Origin: Octopus vulgaris
Lineage: Eukaryota
Assembly (NCBI GenBank): GCA_951406725.2
Contig: OX597821.1
Coordinates: 79,980,001 to 80,044,000, forward strand
Direction: 5' to 3'
DNA: 64,000 nt
Shown in pieces: positions 37,661 through 49,845 of this stretch (its first letter is position 1; every line of letters begins with the position of its first letter). The notes under the pieces were generated by a model. That model did not search any database and had not been told where the DNA came from. It saw only the letters and a list, made by a program, of their open reading frames with translations. A program made the translations under genes and the position numbers.

Positions 37661-38038
37661 GGAGGCGCAACGGCCCAGTGGTTAGGGCAGTGGACTCGAG
37701 GTCGTGGGATCGCGGTTTCGATTCCCAGACCGGGCGTTGTGAGTGCTTATTGAGCGAAAATACCTAAAGCTCCATGAGGCAGAGGGGTGGTGGCGAGCCC
37801 TGCCGTACTTTTTCACCACAACTTTCTCTCAGATTTTCTTCCTGTTTCTGTTGTACCTGCATTTCAAAGGGCCAGCCTTGTCACACACTGTGTCACGCTG
37901 AATCTCCCCGAGAATTACGTTAAGGGTACACGTGTCTGTGGAGTGCTCAGCCACTTACACGTTAATTTCACGAGCAGGCTGTTCCGTTGATCGGATCAAC
38001 AGGAACCCTCGTTGTCGTAACCGACGGAGTGCCACGAC
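37661..38038 (+). mobile_element. SINE family C head with an alternative 3' body and tail
   Basis: The first 170 bp or so match 23433-23610. The remainder matches 42310-42345 and 62990-63150 instead. Confidence 0.85.
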
Positions 38039-38507
38039 ATTCTATTCATAAATACTTGTCTGTTTTTGTATATCCGGGATTTAAATTTCTAATATATACT
38101 ACCGTTTATTAAATCGCAGTTCATAATTACTTGAATGCCTATTGGCTGATATTTATAGTCAGTTGACTGACACGTAGAGGCTCTCATTTTGGCTTGTTAA
38201 AATTACTTGTTATTATAGAATAGGGGCTTAGAAAATACATATATCATTTGGTTAATTCCCAAGTTAATTCCCAAGTCGGATATACTGAATTTCTTCAACA
38301 GCGAGGAAGGTAACTCAAATCCAAGAATGTAAAAGTGTTGCATGGAGAGCAAATAGCAACGTATCCCTTTAGTCTCTTAGTAATGAGACACATACATACG
38401 TACGTACGTATGTACGCACGTACGTATATATGTGTGTATATATCCATCTATGGTATTCACCACCAGAGTCCATCACGGTATGTATATGTGTATACATGTG
38501 TACATAC

Positions 38508-38548
<41 letters not shown>

Positions 38549-38917
38549 ACAATTTTGGAAGCGTCAAATGTGTTGGTATTTTATAGACAAAAAGTAAACT
38601 TTGAACGCAGTAAAGCAGTAAGAACAGCAGAAGAATATTGGATATTTACCCTTATAAGACGGAAAAGAGGTGGCAGCAGATGAGCCATTAACTTTTCTGG
38701 TGATCTGATGAACTAGCTTTCTTTATTAGCATCGATTTGTGAATATGCAATTGTATTGTACAAAACCGAGCATACACATTTGTGCAAACATGTATGTAGA
38801 ATTTCTTCCACTTTTAAATTAATACTAAACGAAGAAGGTTGCGAAACGGTCGTAAGCCTAAGAATGTCACGAGGTAAAATAAATATGTATTCATCTCTCA
38901 TATCCACTGACTTTTAA

Positions 38918-38965
<48 letters not shown>

Positions 38966-39087
38966 TAGGGGAGAATTCACACGAAAACAAAAGACGAAGA
39001 CAGGTGGTGTAGACAACAAACAGCTGTATTAGTATAACTCTCGGGAGTGAAATATAGAAACAATTATTGTTATTACTATCATCTTTG

Positions 39088-39270
39088 AGGCAGCGAGCTA
39101 GCTGAGTCGTTAACATGCCTGACAAAACGCATTGCGATTTTTCGTTTGTCATTAAGTTCTAAGTTCAAAATCTACCAAGGTCAACGTTGCTTTTCATCAT
39201 TCCAGGGTTGATAAAATAAGGTAACAGTCGAATTCTCTGAAATTTCAGGTGTTGCACCTATATTTGAAGC
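39088..39270 (+). mobile_element. Diverged SINE family B
   Basis: GGCAGCGAGCTAGCTGAGTCGTTAAC...TTTTCATCATTCCAGGGTTGATAAAATAAG. Confidence 0.7.
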
Positions 39271-39814
39271 GATTCATATTAACATTTCGTACTGAACCGC
39301 TTGTCAGACGGTAGCAATCACGTATCCAGGTTTTATTACGAGAAAAGTTTGCTAACCACTCGCTCAATTCTAGACAAAAGGACATTGTTTAATGCAATAT
39401 GGCTGACTCTGAAAGAGAAAAATTGATCCTTTGATTGATGAAAGCAAAGTTATATGTTATGTAATTTGAACTGTAAGAGCCGAAACAAATAACGCAAAAC
39501 ATTTTATCGGATGTTCTAACTGTTCTTTCCAAAGTTTCGCCATATTTTAAGAAGGTAAAATACACAATTTTGTGAATACAAAGATGGAAAATGGAGTAAA
39601 AAAAGAAAAAAAAAAAAAAGGACGAAACACCATTGTCCCACTTTTGTAGCATCGAATAGAATGAATGGGAGCTTGTCCCCTTTGTACCTCCGTCTTTATA
39701 TCTCGAGTTGCCATCAGTCGTGATGGTGAATATTGCCATGAATGTCTGTGTATGAGTGAGAGAGAGAGAGAGAGTAGTTGTATGTATGTATGTACGTACG
39801 TATGTGTGTATGTA

Positions 39815-39950
39815 TGTATATATGTATGTAAGCTTGTATATACGTATGTATATATGTATGTAAGCTTGTATATACGTATGTTTATAGGTATGTAAGCTTG
39901 TATATACGTATGTATATATATATGTAAGCTTGTATATACGTATGTATGTA
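39815..39950. repeat. 32-bp minisatellite, 4 copies
   Basis: AAGCTT at 39830, 39862, 39894 and 39926. Confidence 0.9.
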
Positions 39951-40227
39951 TTTAGACAAATGCCTTAACTACATTTATGTGTGCTATCTCAATTTTTTAG
40001 ACATAGATATAAGTAGAGAAATCTTTTTACTCCATTTACATGTATTTGACTGCGGTACCTCATTTTTTTAGTCATAGATATCTTGAGATAAAGTCCTGGA
40101 TTCTATTTAAATCTAATTGTATTGCCGCAGTATCTTTATTTATTTTAGCGTAATCTCATGCTTGTGCTTAATTTCATTCTATCAGTTTAACAAAAGATCT
40201 TGTTACAAGCATTGAATGCTTTATCCA

Positions 40228-40275
<48 letters not shown>

Positions 40276-40605
40276 AGAGATAGATAGACAGATAGATAGA
40301 TAGATACGTACATACATAAACAGATAGTAGAATTTGGGGATATATTGATGGCTCTAGAAAACTGAAAGTGTTATTAATATTAGCATGAGCCGCAAAGTTA
40401 GTCACACAATACGGTTAAGTGCTTCCAGTATCTCTAAATAGTATAGATAAAAATGAAAGATAATACAACTGCGATATTCTCTCGCCTCAGGTTCATCGTG
40501 TAATCATATCATCCGCCTTTAATATACAATTAATATTGCTTGTAAGGAAAACTATTAGATTTTACAGCTGCGTAATGAATTCTGCATCGCTTAAAATATT
40601 TTACC

Positions 40606-40667
<62 letters not shown>

Positions 40668-40716
40668 CAGAAAACTATATATAAAGTTTATATGTATGTA
40701 TAAAACTATATATAAA

Positions 40717-40771
<55 letters not shown>

Positions 40772-40836
40772 TATATATATATTAATATGCACAGAAAACT
40801 ATATATAAAGTTTATATGTATGTATATATATATATA

Positions 40837-41740
40837 GTCTGATCTATATGATGTGAGTCAATGGCAGTCAGAAACAAAATGCAACTGAACGAGGGAAAAT
40901 TTGAGCTGATGCATTTTGGAAGAAGTTCCTCACTAAAACAGCCATACTCTCTTCCTTCAGGGGAACCGCTCACAGCCTCTAACAATATCAGAGACCTGGG
41001 TGTAATTGTTGATGACGATCTCAGTTGGAGTGCACACATCAACAATAAGGTTGATATAGCTCGTAGGATGAGTTCCTGGATCTTAAGAACTTTCCGATCC
41101 AGAGAACAAGGTGTCATCATACCACTTTTCTCCTCCTTTGTGCGGCCACACCTCGAGTACTGCTACTCACTGTGGTCTCCCCATACAAGACAAAACATCT
41201 CGAGGATTGAATCACCCCAGAGGGTACTCACTAAACGAATTGAAGGCATGGCTGCTCTCGATTATTGGGATCGCCTTAAAGCCTTGAAACTCTACTCTCT
41301 CCAGTGTCGCCGTGAGCGGTACATCATTTGTACGATGTGGAGAATATACCGCCAACTTTGCCCAAACGACCTGAACATTAGCTTCAAGGTTCATCCAAGA
41401 CTGGGACCACGGGCCATACGTCCCCTGCCTAATTCAAGTCACAGCATACATGTACACTGCAACATAATTTCTTTTCCTCAAGAGGCCCTGCTCTATTTAA
41501 CATTGTCCCGAAAGAGATCAAAGAGGAAAAGGATCCCATCAACTTTAAACGGAATCTGGATAGATTCCTTCAAGGAATACCAGATAAACCACTCATAATT
41601 GGATACAACTCACCCAACAAAAACTCATTACTCGAATGGACCATAAACAAAACTTGACTTAATCCTATCAGGTGGTGCTATTAAGTTAGACATGGCCTGG
41701 ACCAATCTTTGGTCGAAACATATCTAAGTTTATCTAAGTT

Positions 41741-41741
<1 letters not shown>
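40837..41741 (+). mobile_element. 5'-truncated CR1-group LINE (RT C-terminal region plus 3' UTR)
   Basis: ORF 40861-41598 has RDLGVIVDDDLSW, VRPHLEYC..WSP and RLKALKLYSLQCRRER. After a frameshift it continues NFFSSRGPALFN...FKRNLDRFL..IPDKP to a stop near 41657. The 3' end has hairpin GACCA-atctt-TGGTC and (TATCTAAGTT)x2. (TA)n lies on both flanks. Confidence 0.92.
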
Positions 41742-41839
<98 letters not shown>

Positions 41840-41889
41840 GTATATGCGTTTGCCTATGTATGCATAGATGTGTATGTGTACCTGTGTGT

Positions 41890-42345
41890 GTGAAAACGTA
41901 ACCTAGTGGTTATAGTGTAGCACTCAGGAACTTACGACCATGGTTTCGGTTCCCGGGGCGATGGTTTGTTGTGTTTCTGAGGAAAACACTTCATTTCACG
42001 TTGCACAAATCGGACGAGCCCTAAATGAGTTCCAGCAATAGCTGAGAAGTTCAAGGGAGGATTATTCCAATGTCAGTCACTTATACGGCATGGAAACCGG
42101 GTAAAGCTTCCATGAATCCTGGGTCATGAGGCCAAAGTAAGTATTTTATGTACATGTTTATGGCTTCGTGGAGGCGTGTGGCTTAGTGGTGAGGGCATTC
42201 GGTTCACGATCGTAAGGTCGTGAGTTCGATTCCCGGCGGTGCGTTGTGTCATTCAGCAAGATACTTTATTTCATGTTGCTCCAGTCCACTCAGCTGGCAA
42301 AAATGAGTAGTACCTGTATTTGAAAGGACCAACCATGTCACATTC
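41890..42345 (+). mobile_element. Two SINE family D copies (41890-42130 diverged; 42170-42345)
   Basis: TGGCTTAGTGG A-box, GAGTTCGATTCC B-box and AGCAAGATACTTTATTTCATGTTGCTCCAG domain. Confidence 0.8.
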
Positions 42346-42421
42346 CCAGGGAGATCAGCATGACGCAGAATGAGATAAAAGAAACCAAGGCGGTGAAGAT
42401 TTTAGAACATTTATAAATAGG

Positions 42422-42467
42422 TCTTACACTTGTTTCCGGGATATTAATTATATCCCTTCATCGGAGA
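42422..42467 (-). ncRNA. Minimal type I hammerhead motif within a Penelope-like terminus (about 42360-42700)
   Basis: TCT-CCGATGA-a-GGGATA-taattaa-TATCCC-g-GAA-ACAagTGT-A-AGA. Confidence 0.65.
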
Positions 42468-42700
42468 TGGTGTGAGAAAATGGTTAAGCAATAGTTAATT
42501 TAGATAAGATATGAAATAAAGAGTGAAGTGGAGGAATGAAAATAGATGTGAGATTTGCAGGGATATTGCATTTGTAGATCCATTATTTAGGCAGAACGGT
42601 ATACATATAAGATTCCAATACCTTGTGAATAAAATCCAGTAGTATTTAAAATGGGTCATTCCAAGTATAGAGGTTGTACACAGTGCTATTGAATCGAGGG

Positions 42701-42824
<124 letters not shown>

Positions 42825-42954
42825 CCTCCATAAAGTAATTCATTTAATACTGAAAGATATATAAATTTAAATATATTATTATCAACATTTTACTAAAAAG
42901 TTCTATTTTACTAAATAATATACATTAAAAAAATACGCATAAAACGACGACGCG

Positions 42955-43121
42955 CCGACTAAAGCCTTGTGAGTGAATTTGGTAGACGGAAACTGAAAGA
43001 ATCCTGTCGTATATACGGCCCGTGGCTATAGTGCCATGCAATGGGTCTGAATCCGGCATCATGTGGTTGGGAACTAAGCTTCCTACTACACAGCCACATA
43101 TACATGTGTGTATGTGTGTGT

Positions 43122-43189
<68 letters not shown>

Positions 43190-43590
43190 GCGCAGGCTTG
43201 GGCTGTGTGGCCTGTAATTATTTCTATTCGCAACAACGTGGTTTCAGGCTTATTCCTTCTGCATAATATCTTGAGTAAGTGCCCTCTATTGCAGTCCCTG
43301 TTCAGCGAATACCGTATGAGTGAATGATTTCTGGTTGGCGGCAACTCTGCAGACGACCGTCGTCTATATATGTGCACAGTATGCGTATCTCCTCTAACTC
43401 TTTATATTTCTCCTCATGACACTTGGCTTCTGTTTTTGCTTCGTGTACAACTCCATAACTCACCGGTTCGAGCACATAAATGCTTGATGCAATATGTACC
43501 AGACTTAAAATACGTGGTTTTGTTCGAACAAATCTTTTAAGGCGGCCCTTCAACGTGGCCACCGTCCAATAAGTGACCAAGTAAAAGAAT
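42955..43590. mobile_element. Head-to-head pair of diverged SINE family A copies separated by (TG)n
   Basis: Minus copy at 42955-43098 and plus copy at 43190-43590. Confidence 0.7.
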
Positions 43591-43615
43591 ACATACATAT
43601 ATATATATGTATATA

Positions 43616-43820
43616 CGAGGGGTGCTGAAAGTTCCTGGCTTTAAGAGTATTGCTAAAGGCCTGGTTGGAGGTCCAACCTTCCGAGTTCTTTCACAGGGCT
43701 TAGGACGGGTGCAATAAGTGTGTAGATCTGAGATAGGAATATGTTGAATAAAATCATAATTAACTGGATCCTCAAGTATTTTCTTTTACCCAAAAGCAGG
43801 AACATTTCAGCACTACGTCG
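43616..43820 (+). mobile_element. Tc1/mariner-derived MITE
   Basis: TIRs TA|CGAGGGGTGCTGAAAGTTCCTGGCTTT and AAAAGCAGGAACATTTCAGCACTACGTCG. The internal remnant [12 protein letters not shown] matches the mariner transposase C-terminus (KCV...GDYVE). Confidence 0.8.
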
Positions 43821-43832
43821 TGTGCGTGTGTG

Positions 43833-43948
<116 letters not shown>

Positions 43949-45411
43949 TATATATATATATATATATTTTATATATCTGTGTGTATGTGCGTTAATATAT
44001 ACATACACAGACACACAGACACACATACATGCGCATATTTACATATTCCATCCTTTGGTGAAGCAGGTAGGTGCGTGAAGTGTCTCCTTGTGAATTTGAT
44101 GTAGATTCACAGACCCGTCATTTAATATGTGAGAGCGTCTTTATTATAAGTTGGGACTTCCGGCCCAACTCGAACCTCGATTATCTTACTGACTCCTGTT
44201 TACCTCCTCCCGACCATTTTATTTATGTATTTATTTTTATTTATTTATTCATTCATTTATTTTGTTGTGTTTTAGTTTCATTTCGCACGAACGAAATATC
44301 CCAAGCGTAGTTAACAATTTGTTTGGTTTACAGAAGAATCACGCGAGCGATGCCCTTATATGGAAATGGCTATAAATTTTTCTTATTAACATCAATTATT
44401 TAGGTGTTCTTACTATCGGTCAGAGATTCCTGGTTACACAAACCAGACTTGACATTTTGTTTTCAATGGAAGACAATATTATTTCGTTTACGTGATTGGT
44501 TTACAGAAAGAAAAAAAAACCCCTTCTTTTTCAGTCTTCTTGCTCTATGGCTTTTAATGAGCTGCCTGCGTGCTTCAATCAATTTTATATTGCAGGAAGT
44601 TTTTACTGAAATTCCTTTCGTTTTTAAAACCCCTCACTTTTATTTAAAATTACTGTCCATTTTGTCTCTTCATTGTCTGACTCTTACAATGAATTCATTT
44701 TATTAAACAGTTTTGGTTATTTATTAATCTAATTCTTTCTTCTCTACTTTTTCTATTCTTATAGCGCTGCCATCGATAAACCAATCAAAATAGGACTATA
44801 AACCAATCAAAGAGGATTTTCTGACAGATGAACCAATGAAATGGCGATTCATGACCGGTGTACTAACTAAATAAGACATACCGATAATAAATCAATCAAA
44901 ACCCGTTTATGTCTATTCATCTACTTGTAAGTCGTTAGGTCCATCCCCACTACCATCACCAGCTATACAATTGATAGAATCCGGTAGAGGGAATAACTGA
45001 ATTAACGAATAACTTAATTACCAAGTAAGAATGAAGACAGATGGGTATATGTCAAGCCAATGACTTCTTCTGAAATTTACAATAACAGCGCAAGATTTAG
45101 TATTTCAATAGTTTACTTCTTTGACTGTTCACTCAATGTATTTTGCTCTAACATTATAAACTACACTAGTATTTACTGTTTATACTATTAATCTCTTCTT
45201 TCTTGTGTCTCTTTTTGTGTTACTATCTACGCCATGTTATGGTCTATGTTGCGATAATGAAAACAAAATTGAATAAAATTGCACAATGAAATAAGATTTC
45301 TATTGTAGAAAGCCGGGACATTAAACCTGCTGCATCACAGCAAAATCAAAATAGCAAATAAAGTGCAAATAAATAACTAAGTATTAAGTTCAGAACTGAT
45401 AACAATACAGC

Positions 45412-45814
45412 ATAGCTGGCTGTTCTTACTGAAATGGGTTTAAGATATTGATTTCTGATATAGAGAGAGAAAGCCACAAACTTAAACGGAAGGGTATAAC
45501 CGATTTCATTGAACAATCGAACTCGTATCCGATTTCCGATTGGTATTTTGTTTTAGTGACCCGTAAATATAAAACATGAAATACAAATACGACCGTCACA
45601 GGATTTATATTTTGAGTTCAAATCCAGTGATGGTCGTATTTGTATTTCATATTTTAAGTTTACGGTTCACTAAAACAAAACACCAATCGGAAATCGGATA
45701 CGAGTTCGCTTGTTCAATGACATCGGTTAAACCTTTCCGTTTAAATTTGTGGCTTTCTCTTTCTATATCAAAAATCAATATCTTAAACCCATTTCAGTAA
45801 GAACGGCCGACTAT
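45412..45814. repeat. Long fold-back with about 195-bp arms and a 13-nt loop
   Basis: GGCTGTTCTTACTGAAATGGGTTTAAGATATTGATTT...GGATTT pairs with AAATCC...AAATCAATATCTTAAACCCATTTCAGTAAGAACGGCC. Confidence 0.93.
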
Positions 45815-46799
45815 TTTATTTATTCAATACACGGTGATCGCTTATAAGCTTTAAGCTTATAAAACATTATTATTTACAAAATTGTAAAACTCGGCACCGC
45901 TTATCAAATCATCGCAGAAAATGCATGTGCTCGCTTGTTCATATATATATATATATATGCATGCACACATACATACTCACACAAGTATATGCACACATAC
46001 ACACATCGCTAAAACTAATTGATATATTCTTTTCTTGTTAATCTTGTTACCAAGTACATATATGTGTTGTGTGTGTGTATTGGGTACGTGTGTGTCTATA
46101 TAAATGTGCGTATGTGTGTATGCTATATATACATGTATATGCCATTAATAAAAACATATGTAACCGCGTAGGATAGCCTGATGCACTACTTACCAAAAGT
46201 CGACCCTTTGTGTCCTGTTATCAAATTCAGTCCATAGCGAAAGATCTAACTTCGCTTGGATAGTTTCAAGTAGTTCTATTTAAGCAGGCGCAGTCTGCAT
46301 CTCTTTTTGCCAATAAGAGAATTATTAGATTAACAACTGTCTCATCATCTTTAACTGATTTATAAACAAGTAAAAGTATAGCTCAGAGAAGGATATGATC
46401 TCGCATTCATAAAAAAACCAGCTATGTATTTCGGAAATGTTCGGAATTCTATTTTCCCAATTTTTTTCCCTACGTCGTAAAACTCAGATATTTGTTCTAC
46501 TTAAATTTTCATAAATTTTTGTTTACTTGTTGACATGTTGCATAACATATTGCCAACACGATACTATTCTCTAGTAGCAATTGTTATAATAAATCTTTTG
46601 TTGCTCTGAACTCACCAATCATGCTCATAACATTTGAGTGTTCCATTCGCTGATATTTTAGCTACATTAAAATTTCTTTCATATTTCTTCACTTCTGTTT
46701 TTCTGTTCTCACCCGCTCTCTTTTATTTTCTCGATTCTCCTACTTGCTCTATGTCTCTCGTCTTTTTTCTCTTCCTTTATTCTCTTTCTAGTTCGTTCT

Positions 46800-47076
46800 C
46801 CTTCTTCCCATTCGCTGTCTGATACTACCTGTTCTATGATGCATCGTTGATTTCCCGTAATTCTAATTCTATTACCTATGACACGCTTCGTCAAACTTGG
46901 ATTTGTGACCTGGTCTTTAGTTCTCAGCTATTTAAACAGTTTTATGTGTTCCTTTCTGTGGAAGAGCATAGACTCGAAACATTAAAGACTTTTTCACTTC
47001 TCGAGCGTTATACTAATACATCTGTTTGTTGTCTACGCCACCTGTCTTCGTCTTTTGTTTCTTTTGTGTGTTTCTC

Positions 47077-47080
<4 letters not shown>
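46800..47080 (+). mobile_element. Penelope-like element 3' end (possible decayed GIY-YIG tail plus terminal repeat)
   Basis: 46940-47080 matches 30240-30390 in reverse. The upstream decayed frame LRQTWICDLVFSSQLFKQF sits where a PLE ORF end is expected. Confidence 0.55.
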
Positions 47081-47112
<32 letters not shown>

Positions 47113-47119
47113 TGAAGAA

Positions 47120-47163
<44 letters not shown>

Positions 47164-49427
47164 TTCTTCAAGAGCTCACGGTCATGACTTAGCTAGCAAT
47201 TTTCGTCTTAGCGTTACATATACTCACAATTGAGTCTGTTGTTTTTTCCACACTACTCGGGAAATTTTCAAAATTTAATATTCTTTGCCACTTCGTGCCG
47301 TTTTCTATTTTGTCTTAGTCACACGAGCTAATAATTTCGCGTGGCTTAAATATTTATTGTACTTTATTTTCGTAAATTTTCGTAAGCTTGTCTTCTCTCG
47401 TAGCACCTTGTTTTCACGACATCGTTCATTTGTTATAAATCTACCACTACTCTGAGGCGAGCTATCCTATTGATAACGTGTCCGAACTGCCTAGTTCTTC
47501 AGTCAACAGTAGATGAGTAAGAATAATATCCATGCTTTTCTCTTTCCTTAACCTATGCCTTTTACCTGTCGTCTGTGCTGAATTTCTATTCCATTTAAGC
47601 GTAATGTCACGTGGATATTTTGCCCGAAGTTATGTATGTATGTATCTGTCTGTCTGTCTGTCTGTCTGTATGTATGTATGTATGTATAGATTTATGCATA
47701 TATAGATATGTGTGCGTGTATTATAGTTGCTGTTGAATTTTACTATGACAAAATCTTTCTGGATTTTCTGCTCATATTAGATGACTTACCCAAAATTGGT
47801 AGTCGTAATGGATTGCTTCTTTATGAATAAAGGGAAACTAAAAACCTGAAGATATTTTCTTGCCAAATCATTAGATTTACCTCCAGGAAGGTAAACAGCT
47901 TGTTTCTTACATTTTCGCGCAATCTGATTGAAAAACAAATGCTTTTTTTTAGTATTTCTATTTTGTTAGTTGACATTCAACAGAAAAAGTCAAGAAATAC
48001 TCCTTGAAAGAAAAGCTTTCACAGATGCATCGAAAACACGCGTGAAATGAAGTAAAAAGAAAAATTGAAAGAAAGAAGGCAAATGAAAATGAACAAAGGC
48101 AAGAGAACGATTTTAACGACTTGATTAACAATAACAACAGTAGCAACAACAACAACAAACAGATTTGCACACACAGCTTTGCAAATATAGCAACCGACCA
48201 ATAACGAAGTCTAATAAGAGAAACAATAATGGCAGGAGTTTGTCAGAGTGAACTATCTTTTTACGTGTTGGTTTGTCCAAAAACTAGCAAGGAGAAAGTT
48301 GACACTCGTCTGCTTCTGTATAATTTTGAATGCGTTCTCTGAGCAAATTGAAGGAACCCTTGAGAAACATATAGGGGCGAATGGTATTCATTGAACAAAG
48401 CGGAGTGTACGACAGGTTTACTTGGTTTTCGAGGCCGTAAACGAGGTTAAAGAACAAGCAGAGAGAGGAAGCTACACATCTATCCATACGCTTGAACCGC
48501 AATATATGGTTCAGTGCAGCCTTTAGGTTTATAGTGCAATATGGGTGGATGGTAAGTGCGAAGGTGAGAAAAAATTAATAGTTCTTATGATATTTCTGAA
48601 ACACAGGATTGCATCAAAGCTGTATCCTGCTGGGGGTGCAGAAATATGAGCAAATGAGTCTAGCGCCTATATGACTGCTAAATCTATATGAGACGATTTT
48701 GCCCCCAGGGAACATGAAAGACAGAGTGCAAAACTGACGGACAGTAACACAAAACCATCTGAAAACGTAATAGGTTCCCACGTTTTGTTGTTGTTCCAAT
48801 AGCCATGAGTGGAACTCTGAAAGTGGTGGAGGAGAGGAATAGATGATCATTGCGGAGAGAAAGAAAAAGAAACAAAAGGTGGTTCATAAGCGAAGGGAAA
48901 CAGGGGTCTAAGACACTCGAAGAGAATACCAATCCACTGGACGACGTGATTTTTATCACTGTGAAGTGGAGCAGCATGTTCAGCTTAGAGATGGATTTCG
49001 ATAGAACTGATAAAGATAAAGATGTTTTGTATGAGAAGGCAAAACTTAGGACCCATATAGAAAAGACAGACAAACGGTACGTTGTTGGTGATGACCATAT
49101 GAATAATTTAACATGAAACAGAAACATCTGGGAGACGTTGGAGGTACTCTAGACCCAAAATTTCTTATGAGAGTCTTGGGTGCACCCAGTGTCAAAATAA
49201 GGATTCACAGGTAGGTATAAACATAAGGTACTCTAATAGGACCAAGCTTATGGATTCTCACCCATGTGTGGGGAGTTCAGTTATCGTTTTCATTGTTTAT
49301 ATTATATCATGCTTAACTTCTGCGTATATTTATATTATTTGATTTTTAATCTTTGTCCTTCAACTCTTAGCAAAGTTTTAATGTTTATTGTATGACATCT
49401 TCATCTTTTGCATAGTTTATATATAAC

Positions 49428-49710
49428 GTGATCACGTGACTTACCAGGACATCAGATGTTCCTACACATCGCTGGTCACAATGCGCTTCGCATTGTTTTA
49501 GCCTTCAATGACGCCACCCCGCTGGCTAAGCGAGCAGGCCAACAGAAGAAAGAGTGAGAGAAAGTTGTGGTGAAAGAGTACTGCCGGAGACTCGTGGAGC
49601 TTTTAGGTGTTTTCGCTCAATAAACACTCACAACCCCCGGTGTGGGAATCGAAACTGCGATCCTACGACCGCGAGTCTGCTGCCCTAACCACTGGCCATT
49701 GCGCCTCCAC
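49428..49710 (-). mobile_element. SINE family C with RTE-derived tail
   Basis: Reverse complement of 23433-23730 at high identity. Confidence 0.9.
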
Positions 49711-49845
49711 AATTCATATATATATACATATATATATATATTTATATATATATATATATATATAACTTGTCTTCCCCCTCATGTTTTAATATTTTATTCG
49801 TATGTATGAGTCTTTGTATATAGTAAGTATTATAAATGTTATTAA

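Noticed and set aside
40861-41598. Longest ORF (245 aa) considered as a host gene
   Set aside because: It is a truncated, frameshifted LINE reverse transcriptase tail.
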